NCBI GenBank assembly: GCA_934149165.1
Contig: CAKPDY010000002.1
Location: 14,680-78,679 of the forward strand
Length of the DNA stretch: 64,000 bases
DNA from: an uncultured Clostridia bacterium
GTDB taxonomy: Bacteria > Bacillota > Clostridia > TANB77 > CAG-508
Reading direction: 5' to 3'
Below the pieces are notes generated by a model. The model worked only from the letters and a program-made list of their open reading frames with translations. It ran no database searches and was not told the origin of the DNA. A program made the translations under genes and the position numbers. Shown one piece after another: positions 9,517 to 21,000 of the stretch; position 1 is the stretch's first letter; each line of letters opens with the position of its first letter.

Positions 9517-10350
9517 TTATTTTCTAAGTTCTTTTAAAACTTTAATTTCCTTTGCATACCCTGAAATATCATCTTGCGGAGTTTCCAAATAAAATGGTAA
9601 ATCACGTAGTTTAGGGTTATTAATAATTTTTTCAAATGCTTCTAAACCAATATAACCTTCTCCAATTTTTTGATGTCTATCTTTATGAGAAGATAGAGGA
9701 TTCATACTATCATTTATGTGAATAGCTTTTAATCTATCTAAACCAATTATTTTATCAAATTCATTTAAAACCTCTTCTAAATTATTTACAATATCATATC
9801 CTGCATCATTAACATGGCATGTATCTAAACAAACTCCTAACTTTTCATTTAAATTAACATTGTTTATTATTGTTTTTAATTCTTCAAATTTACTGCCTAC
9901 TTCGCTTCCTTTTCCAGACATAGTTTCTAATAATACAGTAGTGGTTTGCTTTTCAAATAAAATTTTATTAAGAGCTTCACATATATATTTTATTCCCTTT
10001 TCTGTTCCTTGTCCAACATGGCTTCCTGGATGAAAATTATACATATTGCCTGGAAGATATTCCATTCGTTGTAAATCATCATACATAGTATTTTTAGCAA
10101 ATTCTCTTATTTTTTCGTCCGCAGAACACAAATTTAAAGTATATGGAGCATGAGCCAATATTTTTGCAAAATTATTTTCATTCATTATATTTATTAATTT
10201 TTCAACATCTTTTTCATCTATGTCTTTTGCTTTTCCTCCTCTTGGGTTTCTTGTAAAAAACTGAAATGTATTAGCACCTATTTTTAATGCTTCTAACCCC
10301 ATATTTTCAAATCCTTTTGATGCTGATAAATGACATCCTATATTAAACAT
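9517..10350 (-). CDS. nfo: deoxyribonuclease IV (endonuclease IV, Nfo)
   Basis: [31 protein letters not shown] and ETMSGKG motifs of the AP endonuclease family 2. 277 aa. Confidence 0.9.
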   Translation of the reverse strand: MFNIGCHLSASKGFENMGLEALKIGANTFQFFTRNPRGGKAKDIDEKDVEKLINIMNENNFAKILAHAPYTLNLCSADEKIREFAKNTMYDDLQRMEYLPGNMYNFHPGSHVGQGTEKGIKYICEALNKILFEKQTTTVLLETMSGKGSEVGSKFEELKTIINNVNLNEKLGVCLDTCHVNDAGYDIVNNLEEVLNEFDKIIGLDRLKAIHINDSMNPLSSHKDRHQKIGEGYIGLEAFEKIINNPKLRDLPFYLETPQDDISGYAKEIKVLKELRK

Positions 10351-10418
10351 TTTTCCTCCTTACTTAAGTAAAACTTATTATTTATGAATTTTTAACTTAT
10401 CTATATTTTTTTGCGAAT

Positions 10419-11687
10419 CTATTCCATTTTTAATTCTTTTTTTATCTTTTTATTCCAATTTTTTCCATCAACAATTCTTGCAACAAGAACTGTTGATGCA
10501 GTATTTCCTGTTACATTTAACATAGTAGCAGGTGAATCTATTATAGTTGCAATTATTGTTAATATTGGTAACACTGTAGCAGGATACCCCATCATAGATA
10601 AAATCATCATTTCTGAAATTGTTCCTCCACCAATTGGAACAGCACTTACTAATAATGTTGCAATTAATGCAACTAATAATATTTGTAATATTCCGCCTAC
10701 TGATGATATATTTGTTCCAAATAAACACACTAAAAACATAATTTTAAATACAGTACCTATTATAGAGCCATCTTTATGAAAACTTGTACCAATAGGAATA
10801 ACCGTTTCTGCAATATCTTCTTTTACTCCCATTTTTTTAGATGCTTCTACATTACCTGGTATACATGCAGCACTTGAACATGTTGCAATAGATGTAACTG
10901 TTATATCTATAATATTTTTCCAAAAGTTAACTACTCCAATTTTTCCACCAGAAATAAATGCATAAATAGAATACACTACTACATAAAAAATTATAGATAC
11001 AATTAAATAAATTCCAAAAGTTTTAACATATCCTAAAGCTATTGATTTTCCAAAAGTTCCAACTAAAACTGCAAAATAACATCCTAATCCAATAGGTGCA
11101 TAATATGTTATTATTTTTAGTACATTCATAATTACCTCATTTGCAGATATTAAAACTCGTTCAAATGGTTTAGCCTTATCGCCTGTCATATTCATTGCTA
11201 TACCAATTAAAATTGAAAAAATCATAATAGCTAATAAATTTTGTTTTGAAAATAAACCAGAAAAGTCACTTACAGTTATAGCCTCAACTGTTCTATCTAA
11301 AATTGTTTTTTCACTTTCATTTATTGATTCATTTTCCACTAATAATCCACTTTTAATTAATTCTATTTTATCTGTTTCTACTAATTTAATAAAATATGTA
11401 CTTACTATTCCTACTAAAACAGCAATTATTGAAGTAATTATTATTACTAAAATTGTTGTTCCAATAATTTTTCTTAACCTTTTAGGTTGTTTCATTTTAG
11501 ATATTGAAGTTGATATTGTTAAAAAAACGAGAGGTATTATTATTACGAACATTAAGTTGATATAAATATCGCCAAAAGGTTTCAGCACTACTGCCTTTTC
11601 CTTCATTATACATCCTGTTATTGCTCCAATTATTATTGCGACTAATAGAATAATAGTTTGTTTGTAGTTTTTCCAAATTTTTTGCAT
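10419..11687 (-). CDS. dicarboxylate/amino acid:cation symporter (DAACS family; SstT/GltP-like)
   Basis: 422 aa polytopic membrane protein with DAACS-like hairpin loops (IGTSFHKDGS, NVTGNTAST). Confidence 0.7.
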   Translation of the reverse strand: MQKIWKNYKQTIILLVAIIIGAITGCIMKEKAVVLKPFGDIYINLMFVIIIPLVFLTISTSISKMKQPKRLRKIIGTTILVIIITSIIAVLVGIVSTYFIKLVETDKIELIKSGLLVENESINESEKTILDRTVEAITVSDFSGLFSKQNLLAIMIFSILIGIAMNMTGDKAKPFERVLISANEVIMNVLKIITYYAPIGLGCYFAVLVGTFGKSIALGYVKTFGIYLIVSIIFYVVVYSIYAFISGGKIGVVNFWKNIIDITVTSIATCSSAACIPGNVEASKKMGVKEDIAETVIPIGTSFHKDGSIIGTVFKIMFLVCLFGTNISSVGGILQILLVALIATLLVSAVPIGGGTISEMMILSMMGYPATVLPILTIIATIIDSPATMLNVTGNTASTVLVARIVDGKNWNKKIKKELKME

Positions 11688-11816
11688 TTAAACTCCCCCT
11701 CTCAAAATTTTAAATATTGTACAATTAAATTGTCATATATATTAAATCATTTTTGATATAATTTGTAAATAAATAAAAGTGATAAATAAAAAACTATTTA
11801 CCACTTTTATTATTCT

Positions 11817-11999
11817 TTATTCTTCTACAGGTGCACAAACTGGGCAAACTCCAGCACAAGTACCACAACCTATACATGTATCTTTATCTATTATGTATTT
11901 ATCATCACCTTGTGAAATACAACCAACTGGGCATTCTCCAGCACAAGCTCCACAGGAAATACATTTATCTGTAATTTTATATGCCATAATTTTCACCAC
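11817..11999 (-). CDS. 4Fe-4S ferredoxin (2x[4Fe-4S])
   Basis: 60 aa with two cysteine clusters: CISCGACAGECP and CIGCGTCAGVCP. Confidence 0.8.
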   Translation of the reverse strand: MVKIMAYKITDKCISCGACAGECPVGCISQGDDKYIIDKDTCIGCGTCAGVCPVCAPVEE

Positions 12000-12028
12000 C
12001 TTTCAACAGTGTTTACTTAAATATTAAA

Positions 12029-12946
12029 TTATATTTCATCTGAATTATTTTTATTATCCATTTGTTCTAATTTTTCTAATTCTCTTAATTCCTTTAAATG
12101 CTCTTTTTCTTCTGGATTCATTTTTTTATTTGAACCATTTTTTATAATTTGTATATCTTTAGCATTATATTTTTTATAAAAATAATCATCTCCATCTTTG
12201 AATTTAACATTCACTTGTTCTTTTAATATTTCCACATTGTCAACAATTCCTTCACCATCTTCTGTTTTTACAATAGCACCTACTTTAGGAAGTTTTTTTA
12301 ATTTATCTTCATATACTTCTTGTTCATATTTTAAACAACACATAAGTCTTCCACAATTCCCAGAAATTTTTGCAGGATTTAAAGATATGTTTTGTTCTTT
12401 AGCCATTTTTATAGAAACTGTTTCAAAATTTCCTAAAAAAGAACAACAACATAATTCTCTTCCACAAACACCATTTCCACCCATTCTACGTACTTCATCT
12501 CTTACACCTATTTGTCGTAATTCAATTCTTGTTTTAAAAATACTTGCTAAATCTTTTACTAAATCTCTGAAATCTATTCTACCATCTGCTGTAAAATAAA
12601 ATAAAATTTTGCTACCATCAAATTTGTATTCAACATCTGTTAAATTCATATCTAATTTATGTTTTTTTATTTTCTCTGCACATATTTTTAATGCTTCTGG
12701 TTCTTTTGCTTTATACATTTCCATATTTTTTATATCTTGATTTGTGGCAACTCTTATTACTTTTTTTAATGGACTTACTAATTTCTCATTTGGTAATTCT
12801 CTTTTGCTAACAACCACTTCCCCTATTTCTTCACCCATTGCTGTTTCAACAATAACCTTATCACCTATACTTACGTCAAAATCTAATGGATCAAAAAAAT
12901 AGATTTTTCCTGGTTTTTTAAATCTAACACCTACTATTTTTTTCAT
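12029..12946 (-). CDS. ricT: PSP1-domain regulator RicT (YaaT, stage 0 sporulation protein)
   Basis: MKKIVGVRFKKPGKIYFFDP.. PSP1 C-terminal domain with the cysteine cluster CGRELCCCSF..CGRLMCC. It overlaps holB, as in the Firmicutes holB-yaaT arrangement. Confidence 0.8.
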   Translation of the reverse strand: MKKIVGVRFKKPGKIYFFDPLDFDVSIGDKVIVETAMGEEIGEVVVSKRELPNEKLVSPLKKVIRVATNQDIKNMEMYKAKEPEALKICAEKIKKHKLDMNLTDVEYKFDGSKILFYFTADGRIDFRDLVKDLASIFKTRIELRQIGVRDEVRRMGGNGVCGRELCCCSFLGNFETVSIKMAKEQNISLNPAKISGNCGRLMCCLKYEQEVYEDKLKKLPKVGAIVKTEDGEGIVDNVEILKEQVNVKFKDGDDYFYKKYNAKDIQIIKNGSNKKMNPEEKEHLKELRELEKLEQMDNKNNSDEI

Positions 12947-13847
12947 TAATTTCCTCCCATATGTTAAAAAGTAAATAATCTATACTCATATCATAATTAC
13001 TATTAGCTATTAAACGTTGTTTCGTTTTTTCAACTATTTTTATAGAATTTATATATTTTAAACTATTTTGAAAATTAGTATGAGCATATTTATATAAAAT
13101 TACATTTATATATTCTAAATAATTTTCTATATTATCTCTATTTTTGTATAAAATTTCTGCTGAATTAATAACATTTACTAGATTATTATTAATATTAGAA
13201 AATATATTTTCTATTTTAATATAATCTTCTATTTTATCCTTAATACTTAAGCACTTTCCAATACTTCCATCACACATTTTTAAAATATTGTCATTTATTT
13301 TTTCAATATTACAATTTTCTTTTAAAAATTTTTGTATTTCAGTATTATTTATTTTTTCAAAAACAATTTTCATACATCTTGATTTTATTGTGTTTAGTAT
13401 TTTACTTTCATTGCTTACTATTAATATAATAACTATATATTCTGGTGGTTCTTCCAACGTTTTTAATAAACAGTTTTGTGATTCTTTTGTCATTAAATCT
13501 GCATCATTTATTACATATATTTTTTTATTAGAATTTACTGGTTTTTCATATACATTTGATTGCATTTGCCTTACTTGTTCAATTTTTATATTTTTTCCAT
13601 CTGGTTCTATATATATGTAATTTGGATTGTTGTTACTTGCAAATTCTATACAAGATTTACAACTACCACATTCTTCTTCTAAAAAATTTTCACATAAAAT
13701 CATTTTAGCAAATTGTTCAGCAATAATCTTTTTTCCAATTCCTGGTTCACCTATGAACATATAGCTATGTAAAATTGTATTGTTTTGTATTGATTTAGAT
13801 AGTGTTTTTTTTACATTATCATTTCCAATTATATTATTAAAACTCAT
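12924..13847 (-). CDS. holB: DNA polymerase III subunit delta-prime (HolB)
   Basis: YMFIGEPGIGKK P-loop-like motif, the zinc module CGSCKSC and KIYVINDADLM. 307 aa. Confidence 0.8.
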   Translation of the reverse strand: MSFNNIIGNDNVKKTLSKSIQNNTILHSYMFIGEPGIGKKIIAEQFAKMILCENFLEEECGSCKSCIEFASNNNPNYIYIEPDGKNIKIEQVRQMQSNVYEKPVNSNKKIYVINDADLMTKESQNCLLKTLEEPPEYIVIILIVSNESKILNTIKSRCMKIVFEKINNTEIQKFLKENCNIEKINDNILKMCDGSIGKCLSIKDKIEDYIKIENIFSNINNNLVNVINSAEILYKNRDNIENYLEYINVILYKYAHTNFQNSLKYINSIKIVEKTKQRLIANSNYDMSIDYLLFNIWEEINEKNSRC

Positions 13848-13865
13848 AAGTTCACCGCCTAAAAA

Positions 13866-14510
13866 TTATTTTAATCCACTTATTTTATTTAATGGCCAAA
13901 ATCTAAATACAGCTATACTTTCGATTCTTTCTAAAGGAATACAGCCAAATCTTCTACTATCTGTAGATTCTCCCCTATTATCACCTAATAAATATAATGT
14001 GTTTTCTGGAACAATAATATCTACAAATAGTCCTTGTAAATCTTCTGTTACAACTTGTTCTTGTAAATAATCTTCTTGTAATTTTTCACCATTTATATAA
14101 ACACTTCCATCTTTAATTTGAACATGTTCACCTGGCAAGCCTATTACTCTTTTTATATAACTTGTTTTTCCAATTTCAAGTATATAATAACCAAATTTTA
14201 CAATTAAATCATCTGGATTATATTCATATACTGCTACCGGATTTTCATAATCTACATGTTCAATATCTATATATCTCTGTGTTGGTGCTTCAAATGTAAC
14301 TATATCTCCTCTTTTTGGCATTTTATTAAAAGTTCTTCCCCATCTATTTAGCCATAATCTTTCATTTTGTTTAAGTGTTGGAAACATTGAGGATTGTTGA
14401 ACTTTTGTTGGAACTCCTATAAATGTTTTTATTAGAAGTACAATTATAACTGCTATAATTATACAATACACCCATTCCATTATTTCTTTAGCCTTACTTT
14501 TATTTCCCAT
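13866..14510 (-). CDS. lepB: signal peptidase I
   Basis: An N-terminal TM helix, the catalytic serine in SMFPTL, and GDNRGESTDSRRFG. 214 aa. Confidence 0.85.
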   Translation of the reverse strand: MGNKSKAKEIMEWVYCIIIAVIIVLLIKTFIGVPTKVQQSSMFPTLKQNERLWLNRWGRTFNKMPKRGDIVTFEAPTQRYIDIEHVDYENPVAVYEYNPDDLIVKFGYYILEIGKTSYIKRVIGLPGEHVQIKDGSVYINGEKLQEDYLQEQVVTEDLQGLFVDIIVPENTLYLLGDNRGESTDSRRFGCIPLERIESIAVFRFWPLNKISGLK

Positions 14511-14629
14511 TTGTTAAGACTTCCTTTCTATTACAATTTTTACAATAATTATAAAAATTATATAATAAAATATTTTTTTTTTCAAGTATTTTGGTAAAAG
14601 TTAAGGAACCCATTTGGGTTCCTTTATTC

Positions 14630-16024
14630 TTATTTTTTTGTAGGTATACGAATAACTACTTCTGTTCCTTTACCCACTTCACTTTTTATATCTATACTTC
14701 CATTATTTTGATTTAAAATTTCCTTTGCAATTGACAAACCAAGACCAGTTCCTCCAAGTTCTCTTGAACGTGCTTTATCAACCCTATAAAATCTTTCAAA
14801 AATTCTTGATAAATCTTCTTCTGGAATTCCAAGTCCATTATCAATAATTTTTATATATGCATCATTATATACAAATCCAACATATATTTTTATAGTTCCA
14901 TTTTCCTTTGTATATTTAATACTATTTGTTAATATATTAAGCACTACTCTTTCTATTCCAGATTTATCTGCATACACTAGAGGAACATTTGCAGTAACTA
15001 AATTTTCAACTTTATGGTGTTTTTTAGATATTTCAATTTCAAGCTTTTCTTGGCATTTTTTTACTAACTCTCCTAAATCAAACTCTGTTTTTTCAGGTTT
15101 AATTTTGTTATTATCATATTTTGATAATGATAATAAATCTGTAACTAATTTAGCCATTCTTCTTGCTTCAGATGCAATTACATTTAAAAATTTGTTTCGT
15201 GTTACATCATCATATTCACCTTCTAATAAAGTGTCTACATATCCCATTATAGATGTAATTGGTGTTTTTAATTCATGTGATACATCTGCAACAAATTCTT
15301 TACGCATATTATCTAATTTAACATGTTCTGTAATATCTTGCACAACTGCAATTACCCCTGCTGTTTTTTTATTGTAATCCTTATATGGCACAAATAATAA
15401 ATTAATATATTTATCATCAATGTGTATTTTTTTATCTGATGAAGTCCAATCTTCAAGATATATTATTTTTTCTAAATTAATATCTACATTAAATTTTGAA
15501 AAAACTTTGTCAAAATCATTATCATCTTGTGTTAAATTTAGTAATTTTTCTGCCGCTAAATTTTTATGTGTAACTTCACCTTCTAAATTAAAAGCAATAA
15601 TCCCATCTGTCATATACAATAATATTGTTTCAATTTGCTTTTTTTGCCTGTCTACATCTTTTAAATGTTCACGTATTTCTAATGTTGCTTCATCAAATGC
15701 ATACATAAACTCATCTCTTGCCTTATCTTTTTCTCCTATTAATTTTAGTTGAGTTTGTTCACCTGTAACAACTTTTCCAGCATCTTTAATTATATTTACC
15801 ATTGTTTTCTTTATTATATTATCTAATATTTTTGAAGATATAAGAGTTACACCTATGAAAATAAAAATTGAAATACATAAATATTTTTTTGTTATACCTA
15901 TTATTTCATTACTATTTGTAATATTTGCTATATTACTTACATATAAAAGCCATATTCCACTTATTAATATTAATCCTACTATTATAAAAATAAATGTTAA
16001 TTTATTTTTAAGTGATTTCGTCAT
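14630..16024 (-). CDS. sensor histidine kinase (2 TM helices with a short extracytoplasmic loop, PAS domain, HisKA and HATPase_c)
   Basis: H-box VSHELKTPITSI, N-box LTNSIKYT and G-box GTGLGLSIAKE. It is directly downstream of the OmpR-family response regulator. Confidence 0.8.
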   Translation of the reverse strand: MTKSLKNKLTFIFIIVGLILISGIWLLYVSNIANITNSNEIIGITKKYLCISIFIFIGVTLISSKILDNIIKKTMVNIIKDAGKVVTGEQTQLKLIGEKDKARDEFMYAFDEATLEIREHLKDVDRQKKQIETILLYMTDGIIAFNLEGEVTHKNLAAEKLLNLTQDDNDFDKVFSKFNVDINLEKIIYLEDWTSSDKKIHIDDKYINLLFVPYKDYNKKTAGVIAVVQDITEHVKLDNMRKEFVADVSHELKTPITSIMGYVDTLLEGEYDDVTRNKFLNVIASEARRMAKLVTDLLSLSKYDNNKIKPEKTEFDLGELVKKCQEKLEIEISKKHHKVENLVTANVPLVYADKSGIERVVLNILTNSIKYTKENGTIKIYVGFVYNDAYIKIIDNGLGIPEEDLSRIFERFYRVDKARSRELGGTGLGLSIAKEILNQNNGSIDIKSEVGKGTEVVIRIPTKK

Positions 16025-16074
16025 ATTGCTCCCTCTTTCATTTATTTTCTATTTCATATATTATAAATATATAT

Positions 16075-16833
16075 CTATTCTTCTTTATAATTAGATATAT
16101 AATATCCAACACCTCTTTTAGTAACTAATATTTTAGGGTTAGATGTGTCTAATTCTATTTTCTCTCTTATTCTTCTTACAGTAACATCTACAGTTCTTAT
16201 ATCACCATAATATTCATATCCCCAAACCTTTTCTAATAATACTTCTCTAGTTATTACTTGACCTGGTTGTTTTGCCAAATATTTTAAAACTTCAAATTCT
16301 CTCAAAGTTAAGTCTATTACATTTCCTCTTACTTTCACTTCGAATTTATCTAAATTTAAAACTAAATCACCCACTTCTAATTTATTTGCATTACTTTCTT
16401 CAACAATTGGCTCTTCCTTAGGTAACTCAACTGTTTCAGATGTTATTTCAAGTTTTCTAAGATTTGCCTTAACTCTTGCTATTAATTCCCTTACACTAAA
16501 TGGTTTTGTAATATAATCATCTGCTCCTAATTCTAGTCCTAATATTTTGTCTATCTCCTCATCTTTCGCAGATAACATTAATATTGGTATATTTAAACTA
16601 TGTCTTATTCTTTTACAAACAGTTAATCCGTCCATTCTAGGTAGCATTATATCTAATAAAATTAAGTCTGGCTTTTTCTGTAATGCTATTTTTACTCCTT
16701 CTTCTCCATCATATGCTTCTAAAGTATTATATCCTTCTTTTTGCAAATTATATACTAAAATATCTACAATTGGTTTTTCATCATCAACTATTAATATTGT
16801 TCTCTTTTGTTTTGGCTTAATAAATTCATCCAT
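16075..16833 (-). CDS. OmpR/PhoB-family response regulator
   Basis: A receiver domain (ILIVDDE.., LDIMLPRMDG) followed by a winged-helix DNA-binding domain (..LTLREFEVLKYLA..VTKRGVGY). Confidence 0.85.
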   Translation of the reverse strand: MDEFIKPKQKRTILIVDDEKPIVDILVYNLQKEGYNTLEAYDGEEGVKIALQKKPDLILLDIMLPRMDGLTVCKRIRHSLNIPILMLSAKDEEIDKILGLELGADDYITKPFSVRELIARVKANLRKLEITSETVELPKEEPIVEESNANKLEVGDLVLNLDKFEVKVRGNVIDLTLREFEVLKYLAKQPGQVITREVLLEKVWGYEYYGDIRTVDVTVRRIREKIELDTSNPKILVTKRGVGYYISNYKEE

Positions 16834-16959
16834 TAAAAAAGCACCTCTCCTTTTAATGTTTATATTCTTATTTATATCATATTATTTCCCATTTCACAAG
16901 ATTTAATTTTAATTATTTCTTTATTTAATACTTTTTATTGTAGAGTAGGCTAAAAGTAA

Positions 16960-17000
16960 AAAATGTACAGCTAATTTTTTATTAGCTGCACATTTTTTAT
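16960..17000 (-). terminator. rho-independent terminator after the 17015..18013 gene
   Basis: A perfect 16-bp stem (aaaatgtacagctaat pairing with attagctgcacatttt) around a ttttt loop. On the - strand it is followed by a U-rich tract. Confidence 0.7.
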
Positions 17001-17014
17001 ATTAAACATTTTTA

Positions 17015-18013
17015 TTAACGATCTATATCATCTATATCTGCCTTTTGAAGATTTGTAAGAATAGGTTTATTATATTTTTCAGTTTTTGCACATTTTCTTT
17101 CTATACTACCATTACTATCCATTATATAATCTGTATTTATAGTATGCCATATAGAATTTCCCATTTTACATCCAAATTTTACAATTTCATCTTTACTTGC
17201 ATTAGCTTTTTTCCACTCATCTTCTGTTTTATATTCATTCATACAAAAAACTAAATCTAAAAAATCTTTCATTCCAGTTTTGTCTGTTTCTTTATAATCT
17301 TTTTTACCATACATAATTCCATTTAAAATAATTCCATCACCTGTATATGCAAAATTATCCTTCAATCGAAAATCTTTATTTAGATAATTTCCATCTGCAT
17401 ATGCATATTTAATTTTTCCCTTTATTATTTTATCTGCCATTTCTTTTAAATCACCTGAAAGTACATATTCAACAACTTCACATTCTGCTTCCTGTTTTTT
17501 TAATTCATCTTCATATGTTATATTTTTTTTGGTATTAATTTCATCAATACATTTAACATTTGCATAAAATTCCGCAAACCTTTCTCTCTCATCTTTTTCG
17601 CATTTTACAAATTTCGCTTTTTCATCTTCAATTATATTAAATTCATATTTTTCTGATTCATCTTCAACTGCCATAGTTATATTATTTTGATTTTGTATTA
17701 TTTCATGATTTTTTATAGCTTTGTTTCCTGCTACTAATGATGATGCTAACACCGTACTAAATAATACTGCTGCCATTCTTCTTCTTAATATATACTTTTT
17801 TGCATTTTTTGATTTTTTTATTGTCTTATTTTTTGAGATAGTTAATTTGCTTTTTTTCATATTTTCTATTTCAAGTTCTCTTTTTCTTTCTCCTAACATT
17901 CTTCTAGGTTGCTCACTATACATTTTTAATTCTTTTCCTGACATATCATTTGTATTTTTAGGAATAATGTCATATTTGCATTCAAAAGTATTTAAATCTT
18001 TTAAATCTTTCAT
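17015..18013 (-). CDS. hypothetical Lys/Glu-rich protein with one TM helix, 59 bp downstream of the glucan synthase-like gene and probably co-transcribed with it
   Basis: 332 aa. It has one hydrophobic segment (AAVLFSTVLASSLVAG) and a Cys-containing C-terminal domain. No recognisable catalytic motifs. Confidence 0.45.
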   Translation of the reverse strand: MKDLKDLNTFECKYDIIPKNTNDMSGKELKMYSEQPRRMLGERKRELEIENMKKSKLTISKNKTIKKSKNAKKYILRRRMAAVLFSTVLASSLVAGNKAIKNHEIIQNQNNITMAVEDESEKYEFNIIEDEKAKFVKCEKDERERFAEFYANVKCIDEINTKKNITYEDELKKQEAECEVVEYVLSGDLKEMADKIIKGKIKYAYADGNYLNKDFRLKDNFAYTGDGIILNGIMYGKKDYKETDKTGMKDFLDLVFCMNEYKTEDEWKKANASKDEIVKFGCKMGNSIWHTINTDYIMDSNGSIERKCAKTEKYNKPILTNLQKADIDDIDR

Positions 18014-18072
18014 ATAATTTCCCCCTTCATATATTCCTAATTATACCATATTTACATAATTTAGTCAATTTA

Positions 18073-21000
18073 TTACATAAAAATCTCGATTTCATTAACA
18101 TTACCATCTGGATTTAATTTTATTTTTTTATCTTCAACTTCAATACCATTTAATATAACTTTTTCGACTGTATTAGTTCTTCCATTTGGATTTTTAACCT
18201 TTATGTTATATATACTTTCTCCATATTTATATCTTATACTATACTCCTTCCATTCACTTGAAATTGATGGCGAAAAATCTATATAACCATTTTCAATGTT
18301 CAAACCTAAAATATATTTAATTCCCGCAATATACATCCAACTACTTGAACCTGTATACCAAGTCCAACCACCTCTTCCTGCTAAATTACCGCACACCATA
18401 TACATCAGCAGGAATTACATATGGTTCTACTTTATATTTCATAGCTGAATTTTTTGTTTTTGAATGTTCTATTGGATTAATCATTCTAAAAAATTCAACA
18501 GCTTTATCCCCAAAACCTAGTAGTGCTTCTGCAATTATTACCCAAATAGCAGCATGTGTGTATTGCCCACCATTTTCTCTTGTCCCAGGAATATATGCCT
18601 TAATATATCCTGGTTCTAAATTTCCTTTATCAAAAGGAGGATCCAACAATTTTATTATTCCATTTTCTTTATCCAATAAATGATTTTCTAAACTTTCCAT
18701 TGAAATGAATTTCTTATCATTATCAGCCATATTAGAAATTACACACCAACTCTGTGCTATACTATCTATTTTACATTCATCATTTTGAATACTTCCAAGT
18801 ACACTTCCATTATCCATAAATGCACGCTTAAACCATCTTCCATCCCATGCATTTGTGTTTAATGATTTTTTTAATTTTTGAATAATTTGTTTATATTCTT
18901 CTGATTTTTTATTTTCTTGTATATTCAATTTATTTTCCATATATTCACATATATCAGAAAATTTTACTAATACATTGCACAAGAAAAATCCTAACCAAAC
19001 ACTTTCACCTTTTCCTTTATTTCCAACAGTGCTAAATCCATCGTTCCAATCACCTGAGCCAATTTTAGGCAAACCATTTTCCCCAAAATTTAATGATTTT
19101 TCAATAGCACTTATACAATGTTCATATATAGTTGCCTTCTTATCACTTGGCAAATACAAATCATATTTTTCATCAACACCATCTTCTAAAACTTTTCCAT
19201 CTAAATAATATGTTTCTACATCTAATACACTATAATCACCAGTCATTTGAATATAATCTGCTGTTACAAAAGGTAGCCATAATAAGTCATCTGAAAATTT
19301 TGTTCTAATTCCTCTATTTGTTTCATCATGCCACCAATGTTCAACATCTCCTTCTATAAATTGATGCTTACTATGCTTTATTATTTGATTTCTTGTCATT
19401 TCTGGATTTAAATATTTTACACTTAAACTATCTTGTAATTGATCCCTATAACCGGAATGCTCCTCCTGATTGATAAAAACCTGTTCTAGCTAATAATCTT
19501 GATGTAATAGTTTGATACATAATCCAACCGTTTAACATTATATTCATTGATTCAACAGGTGTTTCTACTTGAACATTATTTAATAAATCAGACCAATACT
19601 TTCTAATTAATTCATTTTCATGATTACAATTATTTAAATTACTATATTTATAAGATAAATCCTGACATTCTATTTTATTTTCACCTGCTCCTAAAATTAT
19701 AGATATTTCTTTATTTTCTAAAGATTCCAATTCAATATCTAATTGAATTACAATTATATTAGGTCTTTTTCCTAATGTTTTATTACTAAAATTATCTAAT
19801 TCTAAACCATATGGATTACTAATATTTCCATCTCCAAAAAATTCATCTCTATTTCCTGTATATGACTTAATTTTTTCACTGCTAGATACAAAAATAATAT
19901 CTTTATAATCTGTATTTACCATATTATTGGCAAAAATTGTATTTGAATTTTTATTAAATTCAATATTTATAAATTCATTTGTTTTTATTTCATCTTCACC
20001 TAATACAGGTTTCACATAATATATTAGTTTGATTCTTCTACGTCTTGGAGTTGAGTTTTTTAATCTTAGAATTTGAATTTTAGCACTATCTTCTTTTGGA
20101 ACAAAAACCTCTAATTCTTGTTCAATTCCACAACTTGAATGCTTAAATTTGGAATATCCAAAACCATAAGTTACATAATAATCATTATTATCTGGCATTG
20201 GATTATACCCAATAGACCATACCTTTTGGCTTTCTTCATCTTTTAAATATATAGCTTCTGACGGAATATCTAATATTTGATTGTTAGACCACGCAGAAAC
20301 TCTATTTAATCTACAATTTTTATACCATGAATATCCACCATATGATTCTGTTACCAATGTTCCAAATTTGTCATTTGCCATAATATTACTCCATATAGTT
20401 GGTGTATTATTTTCTTTATTTATCCTTAAACAATATTCCTTTCCATCTTGTGAAAATCCACCATATTCATTATAATATAATAAACTATTACTATTTAATT
20501 GATTTTCCACTTTTGGTTCATTTAACAATTCTATTTTTTCATTATTTTTTTCTGTATATATTTTAGGAATACCATCTTCTATATCATTTAATTGCAAATT
20601 CAAGTTCCCATTTTGTGCATCTAATACTATTTTAGAATATAATGAAATAATTTTTTTATCTTCTTTTTTTATGTTACTTAATACATATATTCCACCTTTT
20701 GTATTTAACATATATTCAAGTCCTTTATTTGAAATAATATTATGAATTCCCTCATTTACATATGTGTCATAATTTCCTTTTTCTTCATTTAAAATTACCA
20801 AATCAAATTTTATATTTTTTGTTCTATAATATTCATATGCTTTTACTAAATCTTCAATAATATCTATATCATTTATATTTTTTATTTTAACAAAAATTAT
20901 TGGTAAATCTCCAGAAATTCCAAATTTCCATAATTCGTTAATAGAGTATATTTTATTTTCCATATTTTGTGAATCTTTATAAACATTTATATTACTTCCT

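Noticed and set aside
10411-10779. A 122-aa + ORF and an 86-aa - ORF inside the DAACS transporter gene
   Set aside because: They are embedded in or antisense to a well-supported 422-aa transporter ORF. The Cys/Asn-rich translations are typical of AT-rich out-of-frame artefacts.
11779-12027. An 82-aa + ORF overlapping the ferredoxin gene
   Set aside because: It is antisense to a ferredoxin with two canonical CxxCxxCxxxCP clusters; the ferredoxin reading is far better supported.
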